From the NCBI GenBank assembly GCA_002104905.1, contig MCFE01000219.1, positions 60,252 through 124,251 on the forward strand: DNA of 64,000 bases, in the 5' to 3' direction. The notes under the pieces are model-generated. The model searched no databases, was not told the DNA's origin, and saw only the letters and a program-made list of their open reading frames with translations. Shown here in pieces: positions 46,053 to 59,287 of the stretch. The stretch comes from Basidiobolus meristosporus CBS 931.73. Taxonomy: Eukaryota; Fungi; Basidiobolomycota. Every line of letters starts with the position of its first letter. The first letter of the stretch is position 1. A program made the position numbers and the translations under genes.

Positions 46053-48513
46053 AATGTATATACTTGTTGCCAACCATCTCTCACAAAATCACATGCCAAT
46101 GGCTGGCTGATATTTCTTCAGGACACTTTTTTTGCCTCAAAGCCTATGCATAGGTACCATGCAAAGACCGATGTACACATCATACTGCCCTGAATAGAAA
46201 AGAGTCAAAGGCACGATTTTAAATGGATTTGTACCAAAATCATGGTTATATTTCACAAAATCAATAACAAGGAAAACATTTGTCTAGACTTGATTGTTTC
46301 CCGTGATTTTCCGATCCATAGTGACATACTATGTTATTTACCATTGGTAGAATACATGATTTACCGCAATTATCAAATATGAAACACGAAGGTCAAATAA
46401 CTGACTGTACTTGAAAATTAGCAACGCGGCCATACCAGACTGCATTCCAAGTATAATTATAAGACGAAATGGTGCACCAAGTCCTCTACATACCTCACAT
46501 CCACCACACGTTCTAGCTTGCAAATCAAAGACTAGTCCCTCAGTAGTTCGAGTTTGCGTGAAACATCCGGTTCAGGAACATTGCCAAGAATAGTATGATT
46601 TGCGAGTGGTATGTAACACAGTGATTTTCAACATCAAACACAACTCTGAAACCCACGAAAACTCATGAATGCAACAGCGAGGATGGAGGTTACTGGTGAG
46701 AAATGGGGATGGGAATCTCTGCAGCCAGAGCGCGTGTAGAAGAACGAGCTTGCGATGTTCTCCTTGAGCCAAGATAAGATGGATTGGAAGCTGATGCGCT
46801 TACAAAATTCGTGGAGACGGCAGCCTCCAAAATTACCCACATGGTCATCAGATTATGCAAGTAATTTGAGTTTACCTCTAAGCAATTCTATGGTTTTGAT
46901 TCATGGATTCAGGTGATGCAACCAAAAAAAAAGCCATTTGGATTTTGATGACCGCATTAGGTTACACGATCCCTTGCATGCATTCCATGGCCTGATGGCC
47001 CACAACAATGTGGCATGGATCGCGCGCTTCTACCCTCGTATCTACGACTGGGAGGTAAAAGTCAGTCATGTCGTCAATCTGAACTGCCTCCGCCATCGCA
47101 CGTATAATATTGTTGAGGCAATCAACCAACCCAGTGAAGGGCAGGCGGCTTCAATTTTGGATATATTGCTGACTAACCGGCTGGCTGATCGACCCCTATC
47201 ACCTGACGTGCGCTAACCAGTGATCTGGATAATCGCAACCCGTAAGCATTAAAGTCTAACGTGTATCGACGCATCGAAAATTTTTGATTAAGATTTCCCA
47301 CCGCAAATCAAAAGTCTCGACCATTCAAAGTCAAAGATATAACAAATAGGAAATTTTCTGGCTTCGGTTTTGAGCGTAGGAATGGAATATGAAATTTGAA
47401 AAAGGCCTTCCATTTTTGTCCCAACACGTACCTTGAATGGGCCAGATGACCTCATTATCAGGGTGAGAATGGTAGGTGATTTTATTTGCAGATATAGAGA
47501 GATTGAGATGGAGGATTTAGAGATCCTGTTAAAATGCGCGAAGCGAGATGGATGCGCACTGCGCAATGAGTTTTGCGGCCACACATCTTTGGGTTTTAAT
47601 TGGGCATATTGATCCAACGCTCCCGCAATCTATACTAGAACGAACGGCGCTTTCTGGCGAACGTGTGAATTTGATAAGGATAGTGGTCTAGAAGGCCTAA
47701 CCTAATGGCACGTAGGCTCGAATGAAATGCCGGCAAAGGCTGTTATTTCAGGTTTTTTTCGCACCGTCCCGGTGGTAATAGGGTCTTCCAAGTGGCACTA
47801 TCCATACTACTTGACCATATCGTTCTCAGGAATGCATGTGGTGTTTCTCGCCAGGAACCTAATACAGCCATGTTATTGGCTTTCCTTGTATATCCAATCG
47901 GCACTCGGCTGTGGTTACAGATTCACGATTGTTCATCTATCGTTCGGAATATGATGTAATGGTCGACCTCTGCATTCACTAAATGAACCTGCCATGCCTC
48001 ATTAGACACCATTGCCATATTTGCAAGTACAAATAAATTACATCCAGAGGGAATTCATCTGCTCTCTGGGCGAACTGATTCTTAAATATTCTATATACTT
48101 GATTGGCTTTCGGCCAAATGTTCTTCAGAATATTCCAGGATACATGCCAAATACAGTCCCTGAAAGTATATCTGAAAGGGTCTTTGGTCGAAAATGGCCA
48201 TAGTAGGACATTGAACCCAGGTTGACGTCAAAATTGTGACATTAAAAATATGGTTTGTGCTTGATAAGGAAAACAGAGTGGCAACGCTCTGTTGATGGAG
48301 ATGGCCTCAATAGCTACCCACTTAGTTTTCTCGAAGCATACGATTACGGCGCGACATCTATATAAGCAGCCTTCTGCCTCGGGGACTCAAGCATCTGGCA
48401 ACTCCGGTCAACATCCTCGACTCTTTGGAATCAAACATCCTACAAGGCCTTGAGCAATATTCTATACATCACTGATTTGAAAGAGTGTCAAGAGATTCAA
48501 AGACCAATTCACC

Positions 48514-51500
48514 ATGAGAAGCCTGTTGTCACGCATCGTAGTGGTAACCTCCATTCTACTATGCTTATCTTTGGTTGTAGCGGTCCCCTTTACACCAAGT
48601 GAGTAGCTCTTTAATGCATCATTGATTCCATGAATACATAGCTCATCATCCTCTTTTAGTTAATTCTCATAATGCCGAAGGACAGGCATGTCCTCTGAAA
48701 ACTAAATACGATGCTCAGTGCCCCAAGCTCTGTGTTGCCGATATCAGCCAATGTCCATCTGATATAACTCCTACATGCCCTACCGGGCAAAGCTACTGTG
48801 GTGATGGGAAATGCCACGACTCTTGTGATCGAGTTGTCAGTGTTTGCAGCTGTGATGGCTCGAGTTCAAGCATGGTACCATGCCTTGATACAAAAACCGT
48901 GAACGTCCCGAAATACAATCCCAAGGAGGGTGACAAGCAAGTTGCTGAAACTTGTACCCGTGAGCTGGGATTGCTCGATGTCCCCATGTGGTCCGCTGGA
49001 TTTAAAGGAAATATGGTTTGGATGAGCTGCCCTAAAACTGCCGTCAAAGGCCACTTTACCTATAAAGAGCCGATGTGGATTGTTGCTTGGGTAATCATTG
49101 CAACAGAAGCTGGTATTCTGGGCTTGTGGACTCTGTACAAGAACATCCGTGAAAGAGGGGTCGGTCATATCTCGCAGGCTGAGTCATTCAGAAGCACCAA
49201 GGAGCTCAGCGAGAAAGCAGATAAGGAGAAGGAGAAGGTCACTGAAGTCGAGGATTCATCCGACGCCGACGACTTCACACTAACAGGATACTCTAACGAT
49301 ATACTTGGTTTCCTCGGCTTCTATTCGGTGATCTTCATGGCTTTAGCATGGTTGGTCTGGTTAGCCGTCATTACCGCCGATTATTATGGCACTGTCACCG
49401 GTCTCGCTTATGGTCTATTCTATGGTGACTCAGACCTTTCGATGTACGTGTTCATGATCGTGTGGTACCTGGCGGCCTTCTGGTTCCTCATGATGAACGC
49501 CACCAGGGCTCGTATGAGAAACTTCTTCCGCCTCAAATCTCAGGCCACTAAGTGCCAATTCATCCAGATTGAGAAGCCACTAGCTACTACGATTTTACTC
49601 AACGATAACAGCAAAATGCTTAACATGGTCACCCTTGTCGAAAACAAAATCAAGTCTCTCTTCAAGTGGAACTTCCATGTAACCACCTCACCAGTTAAGG
49701 CCACTACCTTGGGTCGCCGGTACTTCGAATTCCAATGTACCCGTTATGTCTATGACGATCAGCTGGCAGTATACAAGCCATTCAACGTAGAAGTCGGAGA
49801 AAAGAATTATGAATTGGTCAGCCAAAGTGAAGGTCTCACAAATGAGACCGTATTACATCGCCGTGAGCTTATCGGAGAGAACTTTATTCAAGTCTACGTT
49901 CCCTCGTTCCCCGTTGCTCTTCTGCAGGAATTTGCCTCCTTGTTCTACCTTTACCAAATCATGATCCTGTGGCTTTTCTACTACTTCAACTATTACTATA
50001 TCGGTCTTGTGGACACTGGTGTCATTCTCATTTCCGCCTTGATTCGAGTGTTTACCAGACTGAACTCTGAGCATAGAGTGAAAAAGATGGCTGAGCACCA
50101 AAGTGAATGTGTTATTCTTCGTGAAGGCGAATGGATCACTTTGTCTACTTCAGATCTCGTTCCAGGGGATGTCTTTGAAGTTAAGAAGGGAATCACCGTT
50201 CCATGCGATGCGGTCGTGCTCGGTGGTAACATTGTTGCTGACGAAAGTTCCTTGACTGGCGAGCCTCTCCCCATCCGTAAATTCCCAATCAAGGACGACG
50301 ACCAAGATTATGATCCCCAAGGAGCCGGCAAAATCAGCACTCTCTATGCTGGTACTACCATTTCTCAAGCTAGTCGCACTGGTGATATGAAGGGCGATAG
50401 AGTCTCCGCACTTGTGACCCGTACCGGTACCTCTACCGACAAGGGTCAATTAGTTCGTAGAATTCTGTTCCCAAATCCCATCTCCTTCATTTTCGATCAA
50501 CAACTCAAAATCGTGATGCTTATCCTTCTTCTCTGGGGCTTGGTATGCTTCGCTTGCTCTATTTGGCTCGGTCGCAACGGTGGAATTGCCTCCTGGTTCT
50601 ACGGAATGTTTGCCATCTCTCAGATTATTAGTCCTTTGCTGCCAGCTGCTCTCGTAGTAGGCCAATCTGTTGCAGCGAAACGCCTCCGTGATAAAAAGAT
50701 CTTCTGTGTCGACTTGCCTAGAATCATCATTGCCGGTAAAGTCCAAATGTTCTGCTTTGACAAAACCGGTACTCTGACAAAGGAAGGTCTCGAGTTCTAT
50801 GGTGTTCAGCCGGTGGACGGCTATGAAGACAGAATTGGCCAAGATTTAAGCCAAACCAAACTCAAATTTGGTCCGCATACCGAAGCTTTCTCTGATATTA
50901 CCAGTCTATTTAAGGTTGGACTTGCCACTTGCCACTCGGTTACTCAAGTGGAAGATCAATTGATTGGTAATCCTGTTGATATTGAAATGTTCCGCTCTAC
51001 AAAATGGCAACTCCAAGATCAACCTGAGAAAGGATTCGTCGACTCCATCAAGTCAACAGACGACCCTACTGGACATCTTGTTCATGTAGTCAAACGTTTC
51101 GAGTTCATCCACGCTAGAGCCTCTATGTCAGTCGCAGTTTTGGATCCAGTAACTCAGCATGTCCATATCTTCGTGAAGGGCTCCTTCGAGAAAGTGAAGG
51201 AGCTGTCAAACCCTGCCTCCATTCCCCTCGAGTATGATGACATGGCCAACAAATTGGCCATGGAAGGCTGCTATGTGTTGGCCATGGCTCACTGTGATCT
51301 CGGAAAAATTGATCCCGAAACCGTTCGTACCTTGAGCCGTGAACAATTGGAATCCAATATTGATTTCATGGGCCTTGTCCTTTTCAAAAATATGCTTAAG
51401 CCCGATACCAAGGAGGCCATTGCCGAGCTCAAGGAAGGTGATACCCGCACTATAATGATTACTGGCGACACCGCATTGACCGGTATCTACATTGCCCGTG

Positions 51501-52756
51501 CTTGCGAAATGCTTCCACCAAATAACCGAGTTCTTCTCGGAGACATTAACCGTGACGGAGAGGTTGTATGGTCAGATGTTGATACTGGAGCAGTTGCAGA
51601 TGTAGAGCAGGCGCTCAGTGAAAAGGCTACCCACCCTGTAGAGCTAGCTGTAACTGCCAAGGCATTCAACGCTCTTTGCGATTCCAATCAAATCCGAAGA
51701 TTACTACTGGATATTCGGGTCTTTGCCCGTATGAAGCCTCACGATAAAGTAGAATGCGTTCAATTGCACATGGAACGTGGTGTTACTGCTATGTGCGGTG
51801 ATGGTGGTAATGATTGCGGTGCACTTAGAGCTTCCCATGTTGGTATTGCCCTTAGTGATGCAGAAGCCTCCATTGTTTCGCCTTTCAGTTCCAGCTTCCG
51901 TTCTATCATGTCTTGTGTTGAGTTGTTGAAGCAAGGTAGAGCCGCTTTGGCAACCTCCTTCGCTGGATACAAGTATCTTATCATGTATGGGCAAACCATG
52001 TCTTGGATGAAGATCTTTACGTTCTATTTCTCCATGACGCCATCCCAATACGTTTGGATTCTTATTGACGCCTTTATCACTGTGGGTCTGTCGTGGACTA
52101 TTTCTCAATCCAAGCCTGCTAAGAGACTCGCCGACAGCCGTCCTACCGCCCGTATTCTTGGACCTGAAACCATGGCATCTGTGCTTGGCCTCGTTGTCAT
52201 CAACCATCTCTTTGTCATTGGTGCCTACTGTTTCCTTCGCAAGCAACCCTTCTACTTGTGTAATGAATTCGATTCTTCCACCGTTGACTATGCTAAGTGG
52301 TGGTTGCTTGGTGACAACTACGAGGCAGAGCTCAGTGCCCTTGTCGCACTTTTCCAGTTTGTCAACTCTGCTTTCATCTTCAATATCGGATACAAATTCC
52401 GCGCAAGATGGTATCGCAACTACCCATTAATTTTCCTTTGGGCTGTGTTTGTTGCAATTGTTTCGTACGTCGAACTTGCCGATCCTAATCGATTTGGTTG
52501 TATTTTCCGGTTCAACTGTGGTGACCCCGACAGACTAGTTGCTCTTGGATATAAGCGCCCCGATTGGTATATTGAGCCTTATAACTTGCCACAAGGACAT
52601 AACGTAATGCCAAGATACTTCCGCTGGAAGCTTTGGGGCTTGAGTCTTTCCAACATGGCTCTCGGAGTTATCTGGCAAACATTCTTTGTACTTGGGCCTG
52701 TTCGTGAATACTTGAGAAAAAGATATCCTCTCCAGCGCCTCAAGGTTAAATTGTAA
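48514..52756 (+). CDS. P5-type (P5B-like, ATP13A/Ypk9-related) P-type ATPase with N-terminal signal peptide and Cys-rich ectodomain, about 1393 aa
   Basis: Exon 1 48514-48598, a 61-nt GTGAGT...TTTTAG intron, then exon 2 48660-52756 in frame with the 1294-aa ORF. Motifs: DESSLTGEPLP, SPLLPAAL, CFDKTGTLTKEGL, VKGSFE, MITGD, VFARMKPHDK, MCGDGGNDCGAL. Confidence 0.93.
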
Positions 52757-55444
52757 TCGCATATCCTAGAGTAGTCTTCTTTAGAACCCGCCGTTGCTCA
52801 TAGCAACCGAAGTTGAGTAATTCGCCTTTCGCATAATACTAGAGACATCCTCATCAAAAATCACTGTAAATTAGAGAAAATTTCGTCAATGCCAACACAA
52901 TAAAGAATCAAACCTTCTAAACAGAATAAGTATATGTTGATAATTATTTGGCCTTCCGCCAATCGACTGCTTGGCGAGCAATTGAAAATCACATTTGTAA
53001 CTTTATCCACCACAATATGGTAACCCCAAAATAGGAAAAGAGAAAATCTCTGTTACTCTAGTTACCAATAAGAAAAATGCGGGATCAAATGGGATCAGGT
53101 AGAGTTACAGTAATATAAAGTCGCTGATATTTGGCGGGAATTTGTGCTGAAGTTAAAATATCATGTCGATCAATGAGCGTATGACCGAGACCTGCCATCC
53201 AGTGGTAATCGTAGTGTAACTGTTAAAACCAACTGGTTGAGACACGTTCCCATTGTAAGTACTGAGCTTCTGTACAGAAATCTAGACGACAACGCATGGA
53301 TTAACTTACGTACAAATCTTATGGAGATTGCATAGCCAATGGTCTATCTGAATTTGTGTTGTATACTTAAATAAGATTAAATTTGGTGTATAGATTGAAT
53401 CGAAATACTGACGATTATTGAAAGATATACTCAGGCCTCATTGGTTCTCCATCGAAGGTGAGTATTCCATATCAAAAGAAAAATCACTACCTGCTCGGAT
53501 TTTTGATCCATAGATCGAATGGGTATAGAGTTCATAGGGTACCAACCAATGGGGGTTGTCCCATTATCAAGAATAAAATAGAGTATTTGGTTAATCGCAA
53601 CCCTGTATACCATATGCACGGCTCCTTTCTGGAATACTCACGGCCTCTGTTCATAAGCTTCAACCATGACATCATACATGTAACGTCTACATTGACAAGA
53701 AGATCTTCAGGGTGCCCATATATAGAAGGTACCGGATAACCCGGTGCCAACAGTGGCTCTTTGGTACCTCCGAAACAAACATCGCACTGAGGCAGATGGT
53801 TTCATTCCTCTTGTGTGAAGTATCTATCCAAAACTCCATTGATTCATATTTTGTACCTGGCGACAGCCAACATTCCTCGAAATGCGTCTATTACGGGAAA
53901 AAGTTGTGCCTGATCAGAATTTACGCTTTATGCTAAATAGTGCATAGACTTCAGTTTAATTGATGCGCTGAAATGGTAATTCTACATCTCAGTGTACATA
54001 GCATTATCGAGTTAGATAAGCTCATTATATATCTATGAATCTAGATTGTAAAGTGGGAAGTTCCTAAGTGATCGGGATAAGTTAATGTTATTTCTAGGCC
54101 TACTGATGTCCTATACACTACTCCCTTTTCTGTAAATCTTAACAGCCTATTATAGAAGTACATATGCTCTTAAATGATCCACTCTAGATAGTGGAAGCTA
54201 AACTTGAGTATAGTGAAAGAGCGTCCATTTTATATTTGATTTGTCATTTGACCTTTTAGTTTGATTCAAGAATAGTGGATGACAGAAAGTATCTACAACA
54301 CATATGCCATCTTTTTGTATCAATATTCCACATAGGCGTCTCATATCGAATCGGGAACTTCAAGATGCACTTATGATTTCAACTGTACGCGATATCTCCT
54401 GAGGTGCATATTTGCGCTCACGTATCCATACTTTGATATTCAAGTTGAAAACACCACACATTGTATATTGCTAATTGCTTTCAAAGCTAGCTTGTGATGA
54501 TGAATAGATAAACTTGCACAATCATTTTCGAGGGAGCGTGCTTTGATTCTATAGCCCAACTCATAGGGCTTACATGAATAATGTATCGCACAGTTATTCT
54601 ACTGCTCATAGATCACCACATATCAGCAAGCGTATAACTATCACCAAACAAGAAAATACCAACAGTATATGTATGTGGGGGGTCTGGGTTTATTCTAGTT
54701 GATGATACTTTCAAAACCATATCATTATACACATTGGCATCTAAACAAGCCCCATTGTTGTCATAGACTTGTGAATTGATAATCCAAATATTGTAGCCTG
54801 TTGCAATTATTTAGCTGAACGCCTATATACTTGTTTACAGCTTGTTTGTAGTTGGCCAGCCTTTACGATAATGAAAATGGGCATAAGATATAGCTGATTA
54901 AATAATAAACTATTGAAAGTTTCCTAACACACAAACTCTTTGCGTCGCTTCCTAGCTCTTGCCTAGGTATACTATGCTGGCGCATCTAACTCTCAAAAAG
55001 CAAACATGCTTTATTTGGCACTTCAATGAATAATAGGAAAACATTGATATATGCATAGAGTTCTCTAACCAATATCTTACACTCCGCACAATTGTGTGAT
55101 CTTTAAATTTTTGATCATCTGGATATATAATATGTGGGAGAAGCTATTCCATATAAATCCCAGCCAGAACTTGGATAGGAAATACTAAAGCCCCTATCAT
55201 GATATCTTGGTGACCAAGTTGATGAATGTATAAAATAGCAAAACTGCTCAAATGCCTCTGCATATTGGAATAAGACTCTTAGAATCATCTCTAGTGCAAT
55301 AAATATGTATACTAAATCAATACTTATAAGAAACATAACTACTGCCTGTCTACTTCATTAACAGCAAAGTGAAAGCCATAAAATCTGCCAAGCTTTCCCT
55401 AATACTTTCGATATCTCTGAAGATCTGACAGAAGTAGTAGAGCT

Positions 55445-55789
55445 TGTTGTAAGTTTTGTAATTACGCCAAATACTCACTTAACTTAGTCACTTAGATTTC
55501 AACCTACGAATCTTAGAGAATCATAATCAAATTCCCTGTTGGGATTCACTTGAAATACTTCAACCAAAATATCTGGTACCCAGAACATGAAATCTCTCAA
55601 AGTTGTCCAGAGAGCTTCAAACTTTGCACAAATGCTCTGGGGGCCTTCCTAAACATACATTACGTGTGTGTTTTGCCAATACCATGTAAAAGTATAAATA
55701 CCACTAAAATATTCAATAAATCTTTGGGTGAGGACTACAGTTTACTTAGTCTCCCAATCACTTACAATATCTTCAAAACTCTTACAGTA
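55445..55789 (+). mobile_element. Diverged solo LTR of the copia family
   Basis: Starts tgttgtaag, ends ctcttacagta, and aligns along the family LTR. No clear TSD. Confidence 0.8.
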
Positions 55790-58700
55790 ATAGGTGCTAT
55801 TATATTAGGGGGGCTAGCACAACTGTGTGTAGCCACCACTATTCATAGTAGTCAGCTTCTTATACATGATATAACCCATATCTTGCATGTGTAGCATACA
55901 GATTCAAGAACTAAAATATAGCTACTAATCTGAAGTGCTAAAATGTATGTAAAGCAATGCCTGAGAGTTTTAAAGTGGGTGCTCTACTTATTGAATGTAT
56001 GCCAAGTAATTGGAGCTTGAAAGCTTATTTCAGTCTAAGTCTGGTGGTGATAAATTCGAGCTACCTGGTAAAACTAAAAGTACTCTATATTGTAAATAGC
56101 AATAGAACTCAGCACTGAGTTCAAGAAAGCTTTTCAAGGGCAATAAAATTGCACATTTTAAGGCACCTCATCAATGATAACTCTATCCAGTATTTGCTGT
56201 GCGAGTTGAGGAAATAATGGAAATAATGAGGAGAGCAAGTAGTTTGAACTTGTTTCATTCGGCATTTGATCATATTGCTAGATAGTACTGTGTATCTAGT
56301 TATTGATTTGATTGATTAGGCTCAAACGCAGGTTACCCATTGGGTCCAGTTGTATTCAAGTTATTCTGACCTCACAGAGAAGATATGTGTAGTTCAATTG
56401 AAGTGGATGAAATCAGTCGAGTATGTACTTCATGAAAGTATCCTGCTATTTTCAAAACGGTTGCAAAAACCCTACCTTATATTGCATTCACTATAGCGCA
56501 TCTCACATGTTTCTATAGATATAACATTACGGTAACATGTCGAATTATCTCAAAAATTATTTGTGGCATCAACCGAACATAAGAATCACATAAATGTAAC
56601 GAATTGTCTATGATATGATATTGAAATGCATTAGGAAAAGTCCTGGAATAGTACGTGCAAGACTTGGGGGCATCTCTGGCATATTAATGATCAACGATTT
56701 TGAGTTTGATACATGGGGTTGGAATGTCTATCAGCCACAATTCAATTATTGTCCTTCCTTCTATTGATATCCTAAATGATGGCTATTGCTGTGCGCAATT
56801 ATATTTATTACGAAAGTGCACAATATACTGCTAATGGTATCTCACGGCGGTGAAACCAGAAAATATATGCTGGGTGCATGGAAGCATCACTACCCCACAT
56901 ATTGGCTGCTTGACTATGCAGCCATCGTCTAGCTACTTAATCCATCAACCTATCTCATGTACAAGCTCGCTCGAACTAAATTTCTTATACATTGGTATAA
57001 AAATTGGTGATAATATTTCGGTCAAGTCAAAACAAATGATGGTTTAAAATACTTTGATGGTCACAAACACAACATCGACCCCTCCAGTCCTGGCTAACGG
57101 TGATTCTTAGTCCCGCTGATTCAATCAATTTGTGGTGCGGTGGATACATCTAAGTACTTTGGATTGGTCGGCATACATAAAGGTACCCATTGGTACATAC
57201 TTGTGCTGGCTTTGAGCATAGTTAAGTAGAGGGGTCAAATACTGTGTCACACAAAAATTCGCGGTACTGTATGAAGCTGTAAAGTAGCACGCAAGGAACA
57301 TTAACAATCAGAGACCACTGCTTGGAGCTGTCAAACATATCCTAAATGGGAAAATGTTTAGGAGCGTTGGGTTTTCATTATCACATATGCGGGTATTATC
57401 AGCTCATCTGCTGTATGCGTCACTTGGGAAACCCAAGCCTTGCTGGAGTGTGTACGTATGTATGAGTTTCCACATTATTATTTACAACACATGATGGGCG
57501 GAAGTGGGTGGCTTAAGCTAGCGGTTCACAGAAAACGGTGGCTTTGACTTCTAACGAGCATTCTATATGGGAAACAGCTAATCTATCCTTGAAGTGGTTC
57601 ATTTGAATCAGCATGTTGTGGAATAAATTGGTTTACAAATCTCTAGGTAATTGGCACAGCCAAATTGATGGAAGATTATGGGCCAAGTTCGAAGCACCAA
57701 ACGTGGTGTAGAGGTCTGCACCCCGGCTGGATATTACACTGAGGAGCGCAGTGTATTGCAAGAAGCACTCACCATTGAGTAACTTTACGGATGCACCTAA
57801 TCCCTACCTCCACAGGCTCGGTAGGCACAGCATAGAATGACAATGTTCTCCACTGATCCTGTGAACAGGGTCTTTCGGATTCTATGCATATCGATCGCAT
57901 TGATAGTGAATACATCATGCTGACTATCCAAACCATTTCCATCGCATTGGGGTCGTAAGCGAGTGTCCAGTGCAATTTCGCTTAGATATCAGATCCTATA
58001 AAGACAGCTGAGGGCATAATGTCTGCCAATCATCAGTGATCACCCTGGAGAGAATGCTTGGCTGAAAAGTGCTGTTCCAATTGGAAAAATGTAATAACTC
58101 ATAGCGAAAACATTTAGTAACAATCTGCATATGCTCCGCCCCACACAGTGCATTAACGGCAAAGGCTTTATATGCAATGTAACAGGGAAAGCGATAAAAC
58201 AAACAATCATAAAGACTGAACTTAGTATGACAATCTGCCCAGAAACGATAGAGATGCACACTTTCATTCTTGACAATTTCAAACTGGGCAAGGATCACCT
58301 CAGATCAGATTGAGCTGACTATAGGATGATCCATATCAAGGGCAGCAAACTCCATTCTGGAGAGCGATGTGCGATCTCAATGTTTGATGAGCGGTGTACA
58401 AACATAGGCATCAAACATATGTGAGTGGATTGTCGAGCAAGACCAATCAGCGCCCGCTATCTTGTTCAAACCATAGATCTATCGCATTCTGGCGACTATA
58501 TACGGAATGTTAAAGTGATTGATAATTATGAGAACTGATACCATGAGAAGATGATCGCATACAGGTATTGACTTTGGTGCTCAAAGTATGTTTCAGAGCC
58601 ACCAACCACAAACCGACGGTTTCCGTTTACTCGTTGCGTCATGTACTCACTCGATAAAGCTCTCTAACAGTCCTATAAGTCAAATTGCTTGCTTATCTCC

Positions 58701-59287
58701 CGCATCAAGAACGTGTCTCCAGATCATCAGATCAGTTTAAGTATAAAGCTCATTAGGTTGGAGCCTGTGTCCATAGTAGATATAATAAATTGTGGCTTTT
58801 CCCCTACAGTATCCCATTCGTGCGTCAGGTACAGATATATATAGCCATGATTACCTAAAACCCTAACACCTAGGGGTCTCATTTCCCAAATAGTCAATAT
58901 CCATGCGCCAACCCCGATAGAACTTAGTCCCGTTTCTACTGCAAAAAACTAGATGATCTGAATCGTCGATTAAATATATATATATTATACTAGGAATCCA
59001 GAATGTGGTGGAAACCTGTCAAGTGTAACTTTCTTGTGCTTGAAGCAACTGATATTACTTCTCTACTGCGGAATAAATCATTGATTGGTGAGGAGCCGTC
59101 GCTGAGTAATATAGTATACATCTAGTTGATCACTATGTGAACAGAAGAATCTCACATCCAACAATAAATACTCTTTGTCCAGTATCCGGACGCATAATAG
59201 ATGTCTTTCCTTTCGGTTCTTTGAATTTACCTTGTTAAATATTCTCCGTATAAGCCCACTGTCATTCTACTTCGAGCATATAGAAAT

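Noticed and set aside
46330-48200. Short ORFs between the foldback and the ATPase (e.g. 46938-47216, 47288-47617)
   Set aside because: No recognisable domains or consistent exon structure.
53431-53936. Possible decayed minus-strand gene (LLAPGYPVPSIYGHPEDLL)
   Set aside because: Fragmentary, contains stops, unidentifiable.
56850-58750. Possible membrane-protein or hydrolase pseudogene on the minus strand
   Set aside because: Hydrophobic stretches are present but the frames are broken and no family motif is convincing.
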